Sequence record: MW812339.1
Strand: one strand, 5' to 3'
DNA length: 64,000 bases
The position numbers and the translations under genes are program-made. Each line of letters starts with the position of its first letter. Position 1 is the first letter of the stretch. This document shows, in pieces, positions 9,681 through 17,633 of this stretch. The notes beneath the pieces are model-generated. The model did not search any database, was not told the origin of the DNA, and saw only the letters and a list, made by a program, of their open reading frames with translations.

Positions 9681-10523
9681 TTACTTCGGCTGATAGTGAA
9701 GGATGAGATTACCCGCGTAGTTGCTTGTGGTAGCCAACTTGATAATCGCCACGCGATTGTAATCCGGGTCGTACGCATCCCCAGGAGTGACCGCAGTCGT
9801 TCCCATGTAGCGTGCGCCCGACAACGCAATCTGACCCGTTTGAGCATTTGCACCCGTAACGAATGCAAACTTCAACGGCACCACTTCATTCAGCAAGTCC
9901 ACATCAGCGGCTGTTAACGCACGGTTGTACGCCCAGTCCGTGGTAAACTGCTGTTGCATCTCTGTCCAGTCGTAACCGTAGGCTACGTACTCGGCTTGCG
10001 GTTTATCTGCGACCACAAACGGCGCAATAATCGCACTGAGGTCAACGTCAGTAACTACATCAGCCAAGTTCGGGAAGAACTTCGCATAGCGTAGACGGAA
10101 ACCACCTTGCCAGGCCAAGCAACCCGGTTTGATAGCAATGTCTAACAACCAGCTCTCACCTAAGTCTTTCACCGACTGGTCGACAATGTCGTCCGCGATT
10201 AAGGACAGGCCGTATTTCTTGTTCAGGAACGGTAACAGCTGGGATACGTTCTGTACCGGGTCAGCAATCACCACCGGAATCGCGTTTCGGAATAGAATCT
10301 CCATTTCGATACGGTCGTACTCGATAGTGACGTTACCTTTATACCCTTTCCCGTTCAACCCGTATAACAGTACACGCGTATTCCGGTCAGCGCCCGGTGT
10401 CAGGACTTGCTCAGGATAACCCGAAGCAACCTGTTCCCAAGTGAGGGGATTGGCGGTCAAGCCATTTTGCCTGTTGATGGCCTCTAACAACATCTCTTTC
10501 GAGGGCTTATCGTAAATAGACAC
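9681..10523 (-). CDS. Virion structural protein, tail paralog family
   Basis: 280 aa; 'MLLEAINRQN...YDRIEM'; 'AYGYDWT...GNLILHY'. Confidence 0.75.
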   Translation of the reverse strand: MSIYDKPSKEMLLEAINRQNGLTANPLTWEQVASGYPEQVLTPGADRNTRVLLYGLNGKGYKGNVTIEYDRIEMEILFRNAIPVVIADPVQNVSQLLPFLNKKYGLSLIADDIVDQSVKDLGESWLLDIAIKPGCLAWQGGFRLRYAKFFPNLADVVTDVDLSAIIAPFVVADKPQAEYVAYGYDWTEMQQQFTTDWAYNRALTAADVDLLNEVVPLKFAFVTGANAQTGQIALSGARYMGTTAVTPGDAYDPDYNRVAIIKLATTSNYAGNLILHYQPK

Positions 10524-10533
10524 CTAGACCCTC

Positions 10534-11331
10534 CTAGTTGTTAAAGTGTAAGTTGAGGTTACCCTGGAAGTTAGTGCATTTGTCTGTCAGTGCAACCGAC
10601 ACGACTTTTGCAAACTCCGTATTTGCGCCCACAAGGTCTGCTGGAACACCGTCGAAGACGACAGTTGCACCACGCAAGTTATACGGGGCCGGGGTGTCTT
10701 GTGCCACCCAGACTTCAGGAACCACTTTGTTGAGTTCAACCGCTAACGCCGTGTCATCCACTTCGATACCGACCGCTAAGAGGCTCAGGAAACGAGAGAT
10801 GTGGCTGCAGTCAATGTCCCGCGAATAGATATACGCTTGACCCAACTGAGTGTCTTGATGATCAGGGTACAGAAGACCGTTCAACTCTGTATTGGTTACT
10901 ACTTCTGCCAGAGGTGTTGAGTGCTTCAGTTCGATAACTGCTTCACTTCGCCACTCGTGGGAAAGGGAAACAGCTACAACCGTGTGCGTCTGACCTTCTA
11001 CCGGATTATCTTCTAAATCCTCCGGTAAAATGTTCAGTTCGAAGCGTTCGTTAATCGCAGTGAGTAAGTCGTGCGTGGTGTGCACATCCTCGTCACCGAA
11101 GACATTATTGCCTACGAGGTAATCCTCTAATGGGCGACGATGGTAGTCAACAGTTACCTGTGAACCTTCATCGCCTCGCATTTTTGAGGTGAGGACAACT
11201 TCCGAATCCCGACCGTCTACTGACACAACCTCCGGCAGTCCGATATCAACATCGTCAAAGGTAAGCGGTGGGCTTATCTTATTCTCTTCGTTGATGAGTT
11301 TTAGCAGATTCTGTTTTGAAGTAAAAGACAT
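10534..11331 (-). CDS. Virion structural protein, tail paralog family
   Basis: Start moved to MSFTSKQN; 'LLKLINEEN...YHRRPL'; 'ELNGLLYP..GQAYIYS'; close to 7892..8803. Confidence 0.75.
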   Translation of the reverse strand: MSFTSKQNLLKLINEENKISPPLTFDDVDIGLPEVVSVDGRDSEVVLTSKMRGDEGSQVTVDYHRRPLEDYLVGNNVFGDEDVHTTHDLLTAINERFELNILPEDLEDNPVEGQTHTVVAVSLSHEWRSEAVIELKHSTPLAEVVTNTELNGLLYPDHQDTQLGQAYIYSRDIDCSHISRFLSLLAVGIEVDDTALAVELNKVVPEVWVAQDTPAPYNLRGATVVFDGVPADLVGANTEFAKVVSVALTDKCTNFQGNLNLHFNN

Positions 11332-11450
11332 CGCGTTAACTCGTTGTAAAGGGATTATCGAGGCCGTAATGTAACGACCCCCTGCCAGCATAATAAAGGC
11401 TGAGCCTGTTCAGGAGTCGACTGTCGAGGACAAAAAAATAAAGGGCAAAC

Positions 11451-11479
11451 AAAAAAAGAAGGGAGAGCCGAAGCTCCCC
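11451..11479 (-). terminator. Intrinsic terminator
   Basis: Minus strand GGGAGC-TTCG-GCTCTCCC then TTCTTTTTTT. Confidence 0.8.
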
Positions 11480-11492
11480 TTATCTTCAAAGA

Positions 11493-11714
11493 CTAGCAGA
11501 CCCACAGGAGGCCATTAGTCTTTGGGCGGTCTTTGACTCCGTACGTAACCTGTACGTCATCAATCATTTTGTCGCCGGCTTTCAGTGCTTCCATTACAGC
11601 TTTACGTTCAGTGTGGGACAGTTTCAACAGCAGGTCCAACACGTCTGGTTTACGAGAAGTAGTTTTGGTTTCAACGACAGGTTTGATAGCTGATTTATTG
11701 AACAGATTACGCAT
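11493..11714 (-). CDS. Hypothetical protein
   Basis: 73-aa ORF directly upstream of a terminator. Confidence 0.6.
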   Translation of the reverse strand: MRNLFNKSAIKPVVETKTTSRKPDVLDLLLKLSHTERKAVMEALKAGDKMIDDVQVTYGVKDRPKTNGLLWVC

Positions 11715-11792
11715 GGTCGAATTCCTTATTAAGGTATGTTGTTGTGTTTGCAGGTGATGGTGGCGGGACCGTAATCCCGCCTATTGATTTTA

Positions 11793-12215
11793 TTAGTGCA
11801 GTTCAGCGCGTGCCTTTTCCATGAAAGCGTCTTCCAAGCGACGGACTGATTCGCTGAGTTGAGTGTGCGCTTCCCATACTTCCTCATGGCATTCCATGCG
11901 GTCGTACATCTCAACAACCATCGCTGGGATAGTGTCGGCAGTAAATCCGTAGTTGAGCTTGGTGCTCAGTGCACGGATGATTTCCAGCTGGTTAGCCTGG
12001 TCGTTATAAGCCTGGTCGCTTTCGAAATCGTCACGTTTCATCTTAGGTGTGTTGATTCCTGCTGCCAGGGCTTTCTCTACACCTTCTTCCAGTGTTTCGA
12101 TGGAGAGGTTATTGACACGGCCGGTAGCTGCGTACATGCCAATGAGTGTTAATAATGCAACTGGAGAACGGCGAGCGAATTCACGGATGTCATTGTTCAG
12201 AGTGATAGTAGTCAT
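11793..12215 (-). CDS. Hypothetical protein (helical)
   Basis: 140 aa; TAAGGAG RBS; downstream of promoter motif. Confidence 0.75.
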   Translation of the reverse strand: MTTITLNNDIREFARRSPVALLTLIGMYAATGRVNNLSIETLEEGVEKALAAGINTPKMKRDDFESDQAYNDQANQLEIIRALSTKLNYGFTADTIPAMVVEMYDRMECHEEVWEAHTQLSESVRRLEDAFMEKARAELH

Positions 12216-12260
12216 GTTAAATCTCCTTAAGGATAATAGTCGGTTAGGAGAGTTATTGGT

Positions 12261-12291
12261 TAACTCTCACCTAAGTAATATATATCTGAAA
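12261..12291 (-). promoter_or_regulatory. Putative early (virion-RNAP) promoter
   Basis: Minus strand TTTCAGATATATATTACTTAG contains TATATTAC, the core reported for phiKZ early promoters; motif recurs 6 times. Confidence 0.65.
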
Positions 12292-12313
12292 TCTTTTCTA
12301 ATCAAACTGTGAC

Positions 12314-12353
12314 AAAAAAAGAAGAATACCCTACTCCCGTGAGGAGTAGGGTA
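12314..12353 (-). terminator. Intrinsic terminator
   Basis: TACCCTACTC/GAGTAGGGTA 10-bp stem, U-tract on minus strand. Confidence 0.8.
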
Positions 12354-12361
12354 CTGCTTAT

Positions 12362-12772
12362 TTATTTCCCAACCAGATGCACGCCTTCTGCTTCTTTAGC
12401 AGATTCGAGTGGGATGTAGTGTTTCAGAGACTTGTTAGGAACAAATTCGTCAAAACGATACTCAGCCTTCAACGACAGGTTTCTGGCAGGGGTAGCCAAC
12501 AATCCCGCGACCAACGACGAAGCGACAAATTGAGGCGGCTTGGCATCGGGATAGTTACGTTTCATAAATCGCAAGTACCAACCACCCAGGGACTTACCAA
12601 TCATACCGCATTCCTGGGCACGTTTACCAAAACCTGACGATGCGTTACTGAAAAGCATAAACTCTTCTTTTACATCTTCCGGCTTGACACACACCAATTT
12701 CTTACCCACTGCGATACTGACGCGTGGTGAGAGTATTACCATCGCTTTACGGCACTTACGCGGTTTTAACAT
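12362..12772 (-). CDS. Hypothetical protein, MLKPRK family
   Basis: 136 aa; starts MLKPRKCRK. Confidence 0.75.
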   Translation of the reverse strand: MLKPRKCRKAMVILSPRVSIAVGKKLVCVKPEDVKEEFMLFSNASSGFGKRAQECGMIGKSLGGWYLRFMKRNYPDAKPPQFVASSLVAGLLATPARNLSLKAEYRFDEFVPNKSLKHYIPLESAKEAEGVHLVGK

Positions 12773-12974
12773 AACCCTTCCTTACCTGTTCAAGAACTCC
12801 ACGAATAACTTTCATTGCTGAAGGATATCGATAGTCTGGACTGTAGACGAGTAGGATGCCGTTAATACCATCTTCTGGGATAGGTATACGGACATCCCCA
12901 CGGTAGCCGACAATACCGCCATCTTTACTGCGCATGATGTGGATAGCCTTCTTGCGCTTACGCGGCTTAAGCAT
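12756..12974 (-). CDS. Hypothetical protein, MLKPRK family
   Basis: Start moved to ATG 12974 (MLKPRKRKK), overlapping the upstream stop (ATGCTTAA). Confidence 0.7.
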   Translation of the reverse strand: MLKPRKRKKAIHIMRSKDGGIVGYRGDVRIPIPEDGINGILLVYSPDYRYPSAMKVIRGVLEQVRKGYVKTA

Positions 12975-14064
12975 CTTCACCGTCCTCCTTGTGGTCTTCG
13001 AACAACGCATCGAACGGAGACTTGGTTGAAAAGTTAAACTCAGCCTCCCCTTCTACACGCCCTTTAACGATACGCAGTCTCGCATCTGGGTCGATGGTTT
13101 TATCGTAGACATGACGACGACCCCAGTGCAGGACACCGTCTTTGGGAACCTTGTTGAGGTATGAGCGGTCATTGCTGTGGACTTGAATCATCATCTCTTC
13201 AACTTCTTCGGGGCTACGGCGTTTAGCCAAGCTCTCAGGAGTCAGTATATCGAAATTATAACGCGCTACGATTTCGCGAATACGTTCCACATCGTCAGGT
13301 GCAATATCACGAAGTTTCGGAAGCGTTGGTGTAGCGTACGCTTCTTCGACGTCACGATCACCTAACAACTTAGCAAGACGTTCACTGAACGCTTCACCGC
13401 CAGCAGTGGAAATGTACACGAGACGCCCGTTTTCCAATTTCAAATCATCCCCAAATATTTCAGGGGGTAACTTGTCTACATTCTCGGGATTCATTAGCGC
13501 AGTTGGGACTGGATAGAACAGTCCAGGGTTGTCGTCGCCATCTGTAAGTTGGCGTATAATCTGCGCTGCTCTTTCCCCGGCTGATTGCTGTGGACGGTTG
13601 GCATTAATACCAATGTGACTGAAGTTGCGAGGTAAAACACCATCCTTTAACTGATGCCCAACGATTGGATTGCCTGTAGCGATAGGTTTGTCTTTACTCG
13701 CGAAGTTGTCGAATATACGTTGCATGAACTGGAGCTGGTTTTCAGTAGAGCGTTGTACTGGGCGTGGGAACTTGCGCAGCATGTACAGCGTGTCGCGTCC
13801 GTACACCCAGCTCAGTAGCCATTCGAGCTGGTTCAGACGGTACAGGTCACGATAGATTTTCTTTTGCTGGAAATAATCGCCTTTGTCTTGATCGCGAGCT
13901 TCAATCATTTCTTTCAGATGACGGGCAACCTTAACCATTACCTGCCATTCAACTTTGTAGACAAGCTTCTTACCGATATAGGCGTTCGCAGCAATTGCAC
14001 GAGAAGAACGTGGTTGAGTAATCTTAACAGTTTGTAAGCGTTTCTGTTTACGTGGTTTTAACAT
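12967..14064 (-). CDS. Hypothetical protein, MLKPRK family
   Basis: 365 aa; TAAGGAG RBS; starts MLKPRKQKR. Confidence 0.8.
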   Translation of the reverse strand: MLKPRKQKRLQTVKITQPRSSRAIAANAYIGKKLVYKVEWQVMVKVARHLKEMIEARDQDKGDYFQQKKIYRDLYRLNQLEWLLSWVYGRDTLYMLRKFPRPVQRSTENQLQFMQRIFDNFASKDKPIATGNPIVGHQLKDGVLPRNFSHIGINANRPQQSAGERAAQIIRQLTDGDDNPGLFYPVPTALMNPENVDKLPPEIFGDDLKLENGRLVYISTAGGEAFSERLAKLLGDRDVEEAYATPTLPKLRDIAPDDVERIREIVARYNFDILTPESLAKRRSPEEVEEMMIQVHSNDRSYLNKVPKDGVLHWGRRHVYDKTIDPDARLRIVKGRVEGEAEFNFSTKSPFDALFEDHKEDGEDA

Positions 14065-14090
14065 TTTAATACTCCTTAAGGGTTTTACTA

Positions 14091-14402
14091 TTAAGTTAAC
14101 GCTGTAACGTTGACTTGGGAGAGAATGGGTAATGAGGCAAAATGCTTGTGTCTGGGTTGAACCATGTAACCTTCCGGCGGAATCGCTGCGTTTTGGTCAC
14201 GAATGCGATCTTTACGCTTTTTGGCTAAAGCAGCCCTTGCTAATGTCCTCTTGAGTTTAGACCATTGTTTAGCCAACCCGTGGATAACAACATCGACAAG
14301 CAACTTATTAGGTTCGTACTCAAGCGTGCCAATTAACTGCTTACCTTTATAGAGCCGTGCACGACCCTTCTGAAACACTATCTGCGTTCGTTGCTTTTTC
14401 AT
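14091..14402 (-). CDS. Hypothetical basic protein
   Basis: 103 aa; MKKQR...YKGKQLI weakly resembles MLKPRK-family N-domain. Confidence 0.65.
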   Translation of the reverse strand: MKKQRTQIVFQKGRARLYKGKQLIGTLEYEPNKLLVDVVIHGLAKQWSKLKRTLARAALAKKRKDRIRDQNAAIPPEGYMVQPRHKHFASLPILSQVNVTALT

Positions 14403-14721
14403 CAGGTTTGATATCCAGTATCATGGGAAAGTCAATCACAGGACATTCTGTCAATTCAGGCGGCACGATACCGTCATTCATTTCCAGAATCTTTTCATTC
14501 ACGGCGTCTTTAAACGCATTATCTTCACCCTGCAGCAACACGGCGAGAATTTCGAAGCGTGTGAAGTCTTTACGGAGCATATACTGCAGCGCTGCATAGA
14601 GGAAAATCTTCTCCTCCACTAGAGACGCTTCGTATTCACGTCGACACTTTAACGCCTCCTGAAAAGCGACACGTTCCTCATGACCAAAGAACAGGCGTCG
14701 CCACCACAAACTAATCTTCAT
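14347..14721 (-). CDS. Hypothetical protein
   Basis: 124 aa; start overlaps upstream stop. Confidence 0.65.
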   Translation of the reverse strand: MKISLWWRRLFFGHEERVAFQEALKCRREYEASLVEEKIFLYAALQYMLRKDFTRFEILAVLLQGEDNAFKDAVNEKILEMNDGIVPPELTECPVIDFPMILDIKPDEKATNADSVSEGSCTAL

Positions 14722-15115
14722 CCTTTACCTCGTATCCGTGACCTTCAAAATATTCCTTAGCTGCACTGCGTTTCCCATGCAGACTAAGGTGTTTGTAGAT
14801 GAACTCCAGAGCAACCCTGGTATCCCAGCGTTTTTCTGTAAAGAGGATGAGTTGTCCGAAGAACATCCCCACCATACGGTCACGACTTCTTAATTCACGA
14901 TGCCCCGTCTCGAGTTCATCTTGCAGCGCTTTGACGTCACGCTCCAACTGAGCCTTCTCGTCCTTCAGCTTAGCGTTTTCAATGAAGGCATCCTTAAGAG
15001 CTTTCTGGTACGTTTCTTTCGTCGCCCCGAGACCCACTTTCTGGATTGTCAATTCCAGCTCCAGGCATTCCACACGGTGACGAAGACGATTGCGTTCCCG
15101 GAATACTCCGAACAT
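14711..15115 (-). CDS. Hypothetical coiled-coil protein
   Basis: 134 aa; AAGGAG RBS; heptad stretch ENAKLKDEKAQLERDVKALQDEL. Confidence 0.75.
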   Translation of the reverse strand: MFGVFRERNRLRHRVECLELELTIQKVGLGATKETYQKALKDAFIENAKLKDEKAQLERDVKALQDELETGHRELRSRDRMVGMFFGQLILFTEKRWDTRVALEFIYKHLSLHGKRSAAKEYFEGHGYEVKDED

Positions 15116-15198
15116 TGTTACTCCTTTCCATTACGGTTTTAATGCGGCGATTAATAGCTTCACGAGAGAGGCCGCCGCGCCACCACTCTGTGTCGACC

Positions 15199-15519
15199 TT
15201 AGAACCCACTGCGTCCACCGCGCGCGATAAACAACCCGCATTCGGTGTTCAGTCTGTCGATGGATGAGATTAACAGCATGACACCGCCCAAAGTACGCGG
15301 CACACGCTGTGCTTCCCATTCTCGGCCAGGAGTACGAACACAATACTCGTCACCGAGAATAGCAATCTCGTAGTAGTTACTGCGCAGGGGAAGAAAGAGT
15401 TTCAGCAACGCATCGGCATGTTCCCGATCATCGACTAGTTTCCCTCCTTCGAGTAAGTACCTTTGGATTTCCAAAGGCGTCAACTGTAGCATCGTAGAAG
15501 ACACCGGCTTCTCCTTCAC
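15199..15519 (-). CDS. Hypothetical protein
   Basis: 106-aa ORF; start uncertain (15519 or 15492). Confidence 0.55.
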   Translation of the reverse strand: MKEKPVSSTMLQLTPLEIQRYLLEGGKLVDDREHADALLKLFLPLRSNYYEIAILGDEYCVRTPGREWEAQRVPRTLGGVMLLISSIDRLNTECGLFIARGGRSGF

Positions 15520-15865
15520 GGTTAATTAAAAAGAGTTGTGGCTGTTCTTCGTACAGCACGGACTTACCACGCTCCATAGCGCGATACAAGCGATTATAAA
15601 TCGCAGACGGTAGAACGTTCATGTCTACACGGCAAATCATCACACGATGCATTCTAGGGTGGTAGAATTCACCGTGACAGATAGCAAGCTCAACCAACCA
15701 CAGGCAGAGTTCCCTCGCGCCCATCCGATTGTAAATGTCCATGGCAATACGGTCGAAGTGATTACCGACGACAGCATGGAGTGCGTCCTGGGGAATGTTC
15801 AGTCTCTGAACACCAATACGACGCAGCTCTTCAGCAATCCCGTCGAGGATGGTTCTCATTGGCAT
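15428..15865 (-). CDS. Hypothetical protein
   Basis: 145-aa ORF in operon orientation. Confidence 0.65.
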   Translation of the reverse strand: MPMRTILDGIAEELRRIGVQRLNIPQDALHAVVGNHFDRIAMDIYNRMGARELCLWLVELAICHGEFYHPRMHRVMICRVDMNVLPSAIYNRLYRAMERGKSVLYEEQPQLFLINREGEAGVFYDATVDAFGNPKVLTRRRETSR

Positions 15866-15899
15866 GATAATTACTCTTGTCTAAAGTTTTACATTTAAC

Positions 15900-16289
15900 T
15901 TATCGCTCGAAGCCGGTGTATTCATTGACGGGAGCGTCCTTAATGAACACACCGCCTTTCAGGGTTTCGCGCCGCGGGTCGTCCAGTGTGCCTTCACCAT
16001 TGCACTGCACGTTCCATTCGCTTTCAAGACGTTCCATTTCACGACTGGCGTACATCCGCACGTCGGTCACTTTGTCGGACGCATCAGACAACCCTTTCGA
16101 GTGGACAACGCCATTCTCCAAACTGTAGAGTTTGGCCAGCAGAACTTTGTTCAACGCGATGGCCGACTTTGCTACCAGGGCGTACCCTTTACGCTGATGA
16201 TCGGTGTGCGCATTCAACTTGGTTAACTGGTCGACTTTCATGTGTTCAATAGCCAGTGCTAGTGTTTCGGTTTCTTTTTCGGTTAACAT
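15900..16289 (-). CDS. Hypothetical protein
   Basis: 129 aa; translationally coupled to upstream ORF. Confidence 0.65.
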   Translation of the reverse strand: MLTEKETETLALAIEHMKVDQLTKLNAHTDHQRKGYALVAKSAIALNKVLLAKLYSLENGVVHSKGLSDASDKVTDVRMYASREMERLESEWNVQCNGEGTLDDPRRETLKGGVFIKDAPVNEYTGFER

Positions 16290-16585
16290 TTCTTTTCCCT
16301 TCTCTTTTCAACGATTGATATTGCGTTATCTACTAACGCATCCCCTTTTACGATACTATCAAGCGCGCTCTCGTACTGAATACGTCCTTCATCGGTCAGT
16401 TTATAGTGGCCAATGCGACGGTATGCTTGCTGGCAGAACGTGGCATGTTGACAAAGTTTGACTACTAATCCGGCATACTCAACAGCCGATCGGCGGGCAT
16501 ATAACGCTTCTTCTTTCAGACGCAGGTTCTCCTGATAAAGTTGCCGCTGGCGTTTATTGATTAATCCCAATAACCAATCGAACAT
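16283..16585 (-). CDS. Hypothetical protein
   Basis: 100 aa; amphipathic N-terminus MFDWLLGLI. Confidence 0.65.
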   Translation of the reverse strand: MFDWLLGLINKRQRQLYQENLRLKEEALYARRSAVEYAGLVVKLCQHATFCQQAYRRIGHYKLTDEGRIQYESALDSIVKGDALVDNAISIVEKRREKKC

Positions 16586-16587
16586 GA

Positions 16588-17115
16588 TCAGTTCCCCTGT
16601 CGCTTGATGTAAACTACGTTGATGTTTTCATAGCGGGCACACGTCCATGTCAGTTCCCAGTAATGGCGTCGGTTATCCGCAATCTTCATGTCGATGTCAA
16701 GAATGGCATCATGCTTCACTTGACTCAACACGCTAACGATACTTGCCAACTCGCTGTGTGGGCGGTCAACAATCGTTTCCAGATAACTGTCCAGACGAGC
16801 CGGGGTGGCTACGGTACGGATATGTGTTTTGGTATCATCGGAACCGTAATAGAGGTAGAACGGAGTGCGGGGAACGTACCAACGCCAGATGCCCATATAC
16901 GGCGCATTCTGATAGGCAGACAATTCCTTGATTGCATTCAAAACCGCCGAGCAGCGGAAATACCAAACGTCCCATTCGTCTTGAGGGAAGAGTTCGGCAA
17001 CTTTGACCTTGAGTGGGTCAATGTTAATGTCCCCTGCGGCCAAGACTTCCGGGGTAACGCCGGCTTCCAGAATGTTGCGTTCCCGTTTGGTGTACAGGTT
17101 CATTGTAATATTCAC
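16588..17115 (-). CDS. Hypothetical protein
   Basis: 175 aa; TAAGGAG RBS before GTG. Confidence 0.75.
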   Translation of the reverse strand: MNITMNLYTKRERNILEAGVTPEVLAAGDINIDPLKVKVAELFPQDEWDVWYFRCSAVLNAIKELSAYQNAPYMGIWRWYVPRTPFYLYYGSDDTKTHIRTVATPARLDSYLETIVDRPHSELASIVSVLSQVKHDAILDIDMKIADNRRHYWELTWTCARYENINVVYIKRQGN

Positions 17116-17155
17116 TTAATACTCCTTAAGGTTAATCGTTTATATCTGTTCTAAA

Positions 17156-17491
17156 TCATCCACGGTGGCTAAAGATGGCACCAGGGCCTGGCAATGGACT
17201 ACGGTCAAGTTCTTCCATCTTTAAAGACAGACGATTAACCTTCTCCGCATTACGGTCGTTAGGCTCACGACGTAACTCACCTAACGCGACAGCGAACTGA
17301 GTAGAGAGAATGCGGCTGCCGTAGAAGCCCCGCCTGTTAATTGGTAACGGTTCAAAGCGAGCGTCGAAGTTGTTAGTGTTGTTCAACGCATTTACGAATT
17401 CCATAATTCCTTGTTGCATCCGGATTTCGGATTCGCCTTCCATGTCGGTTGCTGTCTGGATTACAGCTACCTGGTAGACTTTCTGAGTCAT
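17156..17491 (-). CDS. Hypothetical protein
   Basis: 111 aa; TAAGGAG RBS; first gene after promoter motif. Confidence 0.75.
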   Translation of the reverse strand: MTQKVYQVAVIQTATDMEGESEIRMQQGIMEFVNALNNTNNFDARFEPLPINRRGFYGSRILSTQFAVALGELRREPNDRNAEKVNRLSLKMEELDRSPLPGPGAIFSHRG

Positions 17492-17550
17492 CTTTAATAC
17501 TCCTTAGCATATAGACATAAGCACTGTTGCTAACGTAAAAACTGAGAGAT

Positions 17551-17574
17551 TCACGTAGATAAAATCTATCTGAA
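17551..17574 (-). promoter_or_regulatory. Putative early promoter
   Basis: Minus strand TTCAGATAGATTTTATCTACGTGA, just downstream of a terminator. Confidence 0.55.
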
Positions 17575-17592
17575 TTCGAATGGAATCCATCG

Positions 17593-17630
17593 CAAAGAAA
17601 AAAAAAAAGAAAGAGCCCCGAAGGGCTCTT
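17593..17630 (-). terminator. Intrinsic terminator
   Basis: AAGAGCCC-TTCG-GGGCTCTT with very long U tract on minus strand. Confidence 0.85.
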
Positions 17631-17633
17631 GTC

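Noticed and set aside
1-11331. Diversity-generating retroelement or invertible cassette as the source of tail variation
   Set aside because: No reverse transcriptase, no invertase and no near-identical TR/VR nucleotide repeat were seen; paralogs are diverged throughout
465-11374. Many 60-243 aa + strand ORFs in the tail array
   Set aside because: All lie antisense to well-supported paralogous genes and lack recognisable motifs
17593-17612. Long poly-A tract as a phase-variation site
   Set aside because: Intergenic; it is the U-tract of the adjacent terminator
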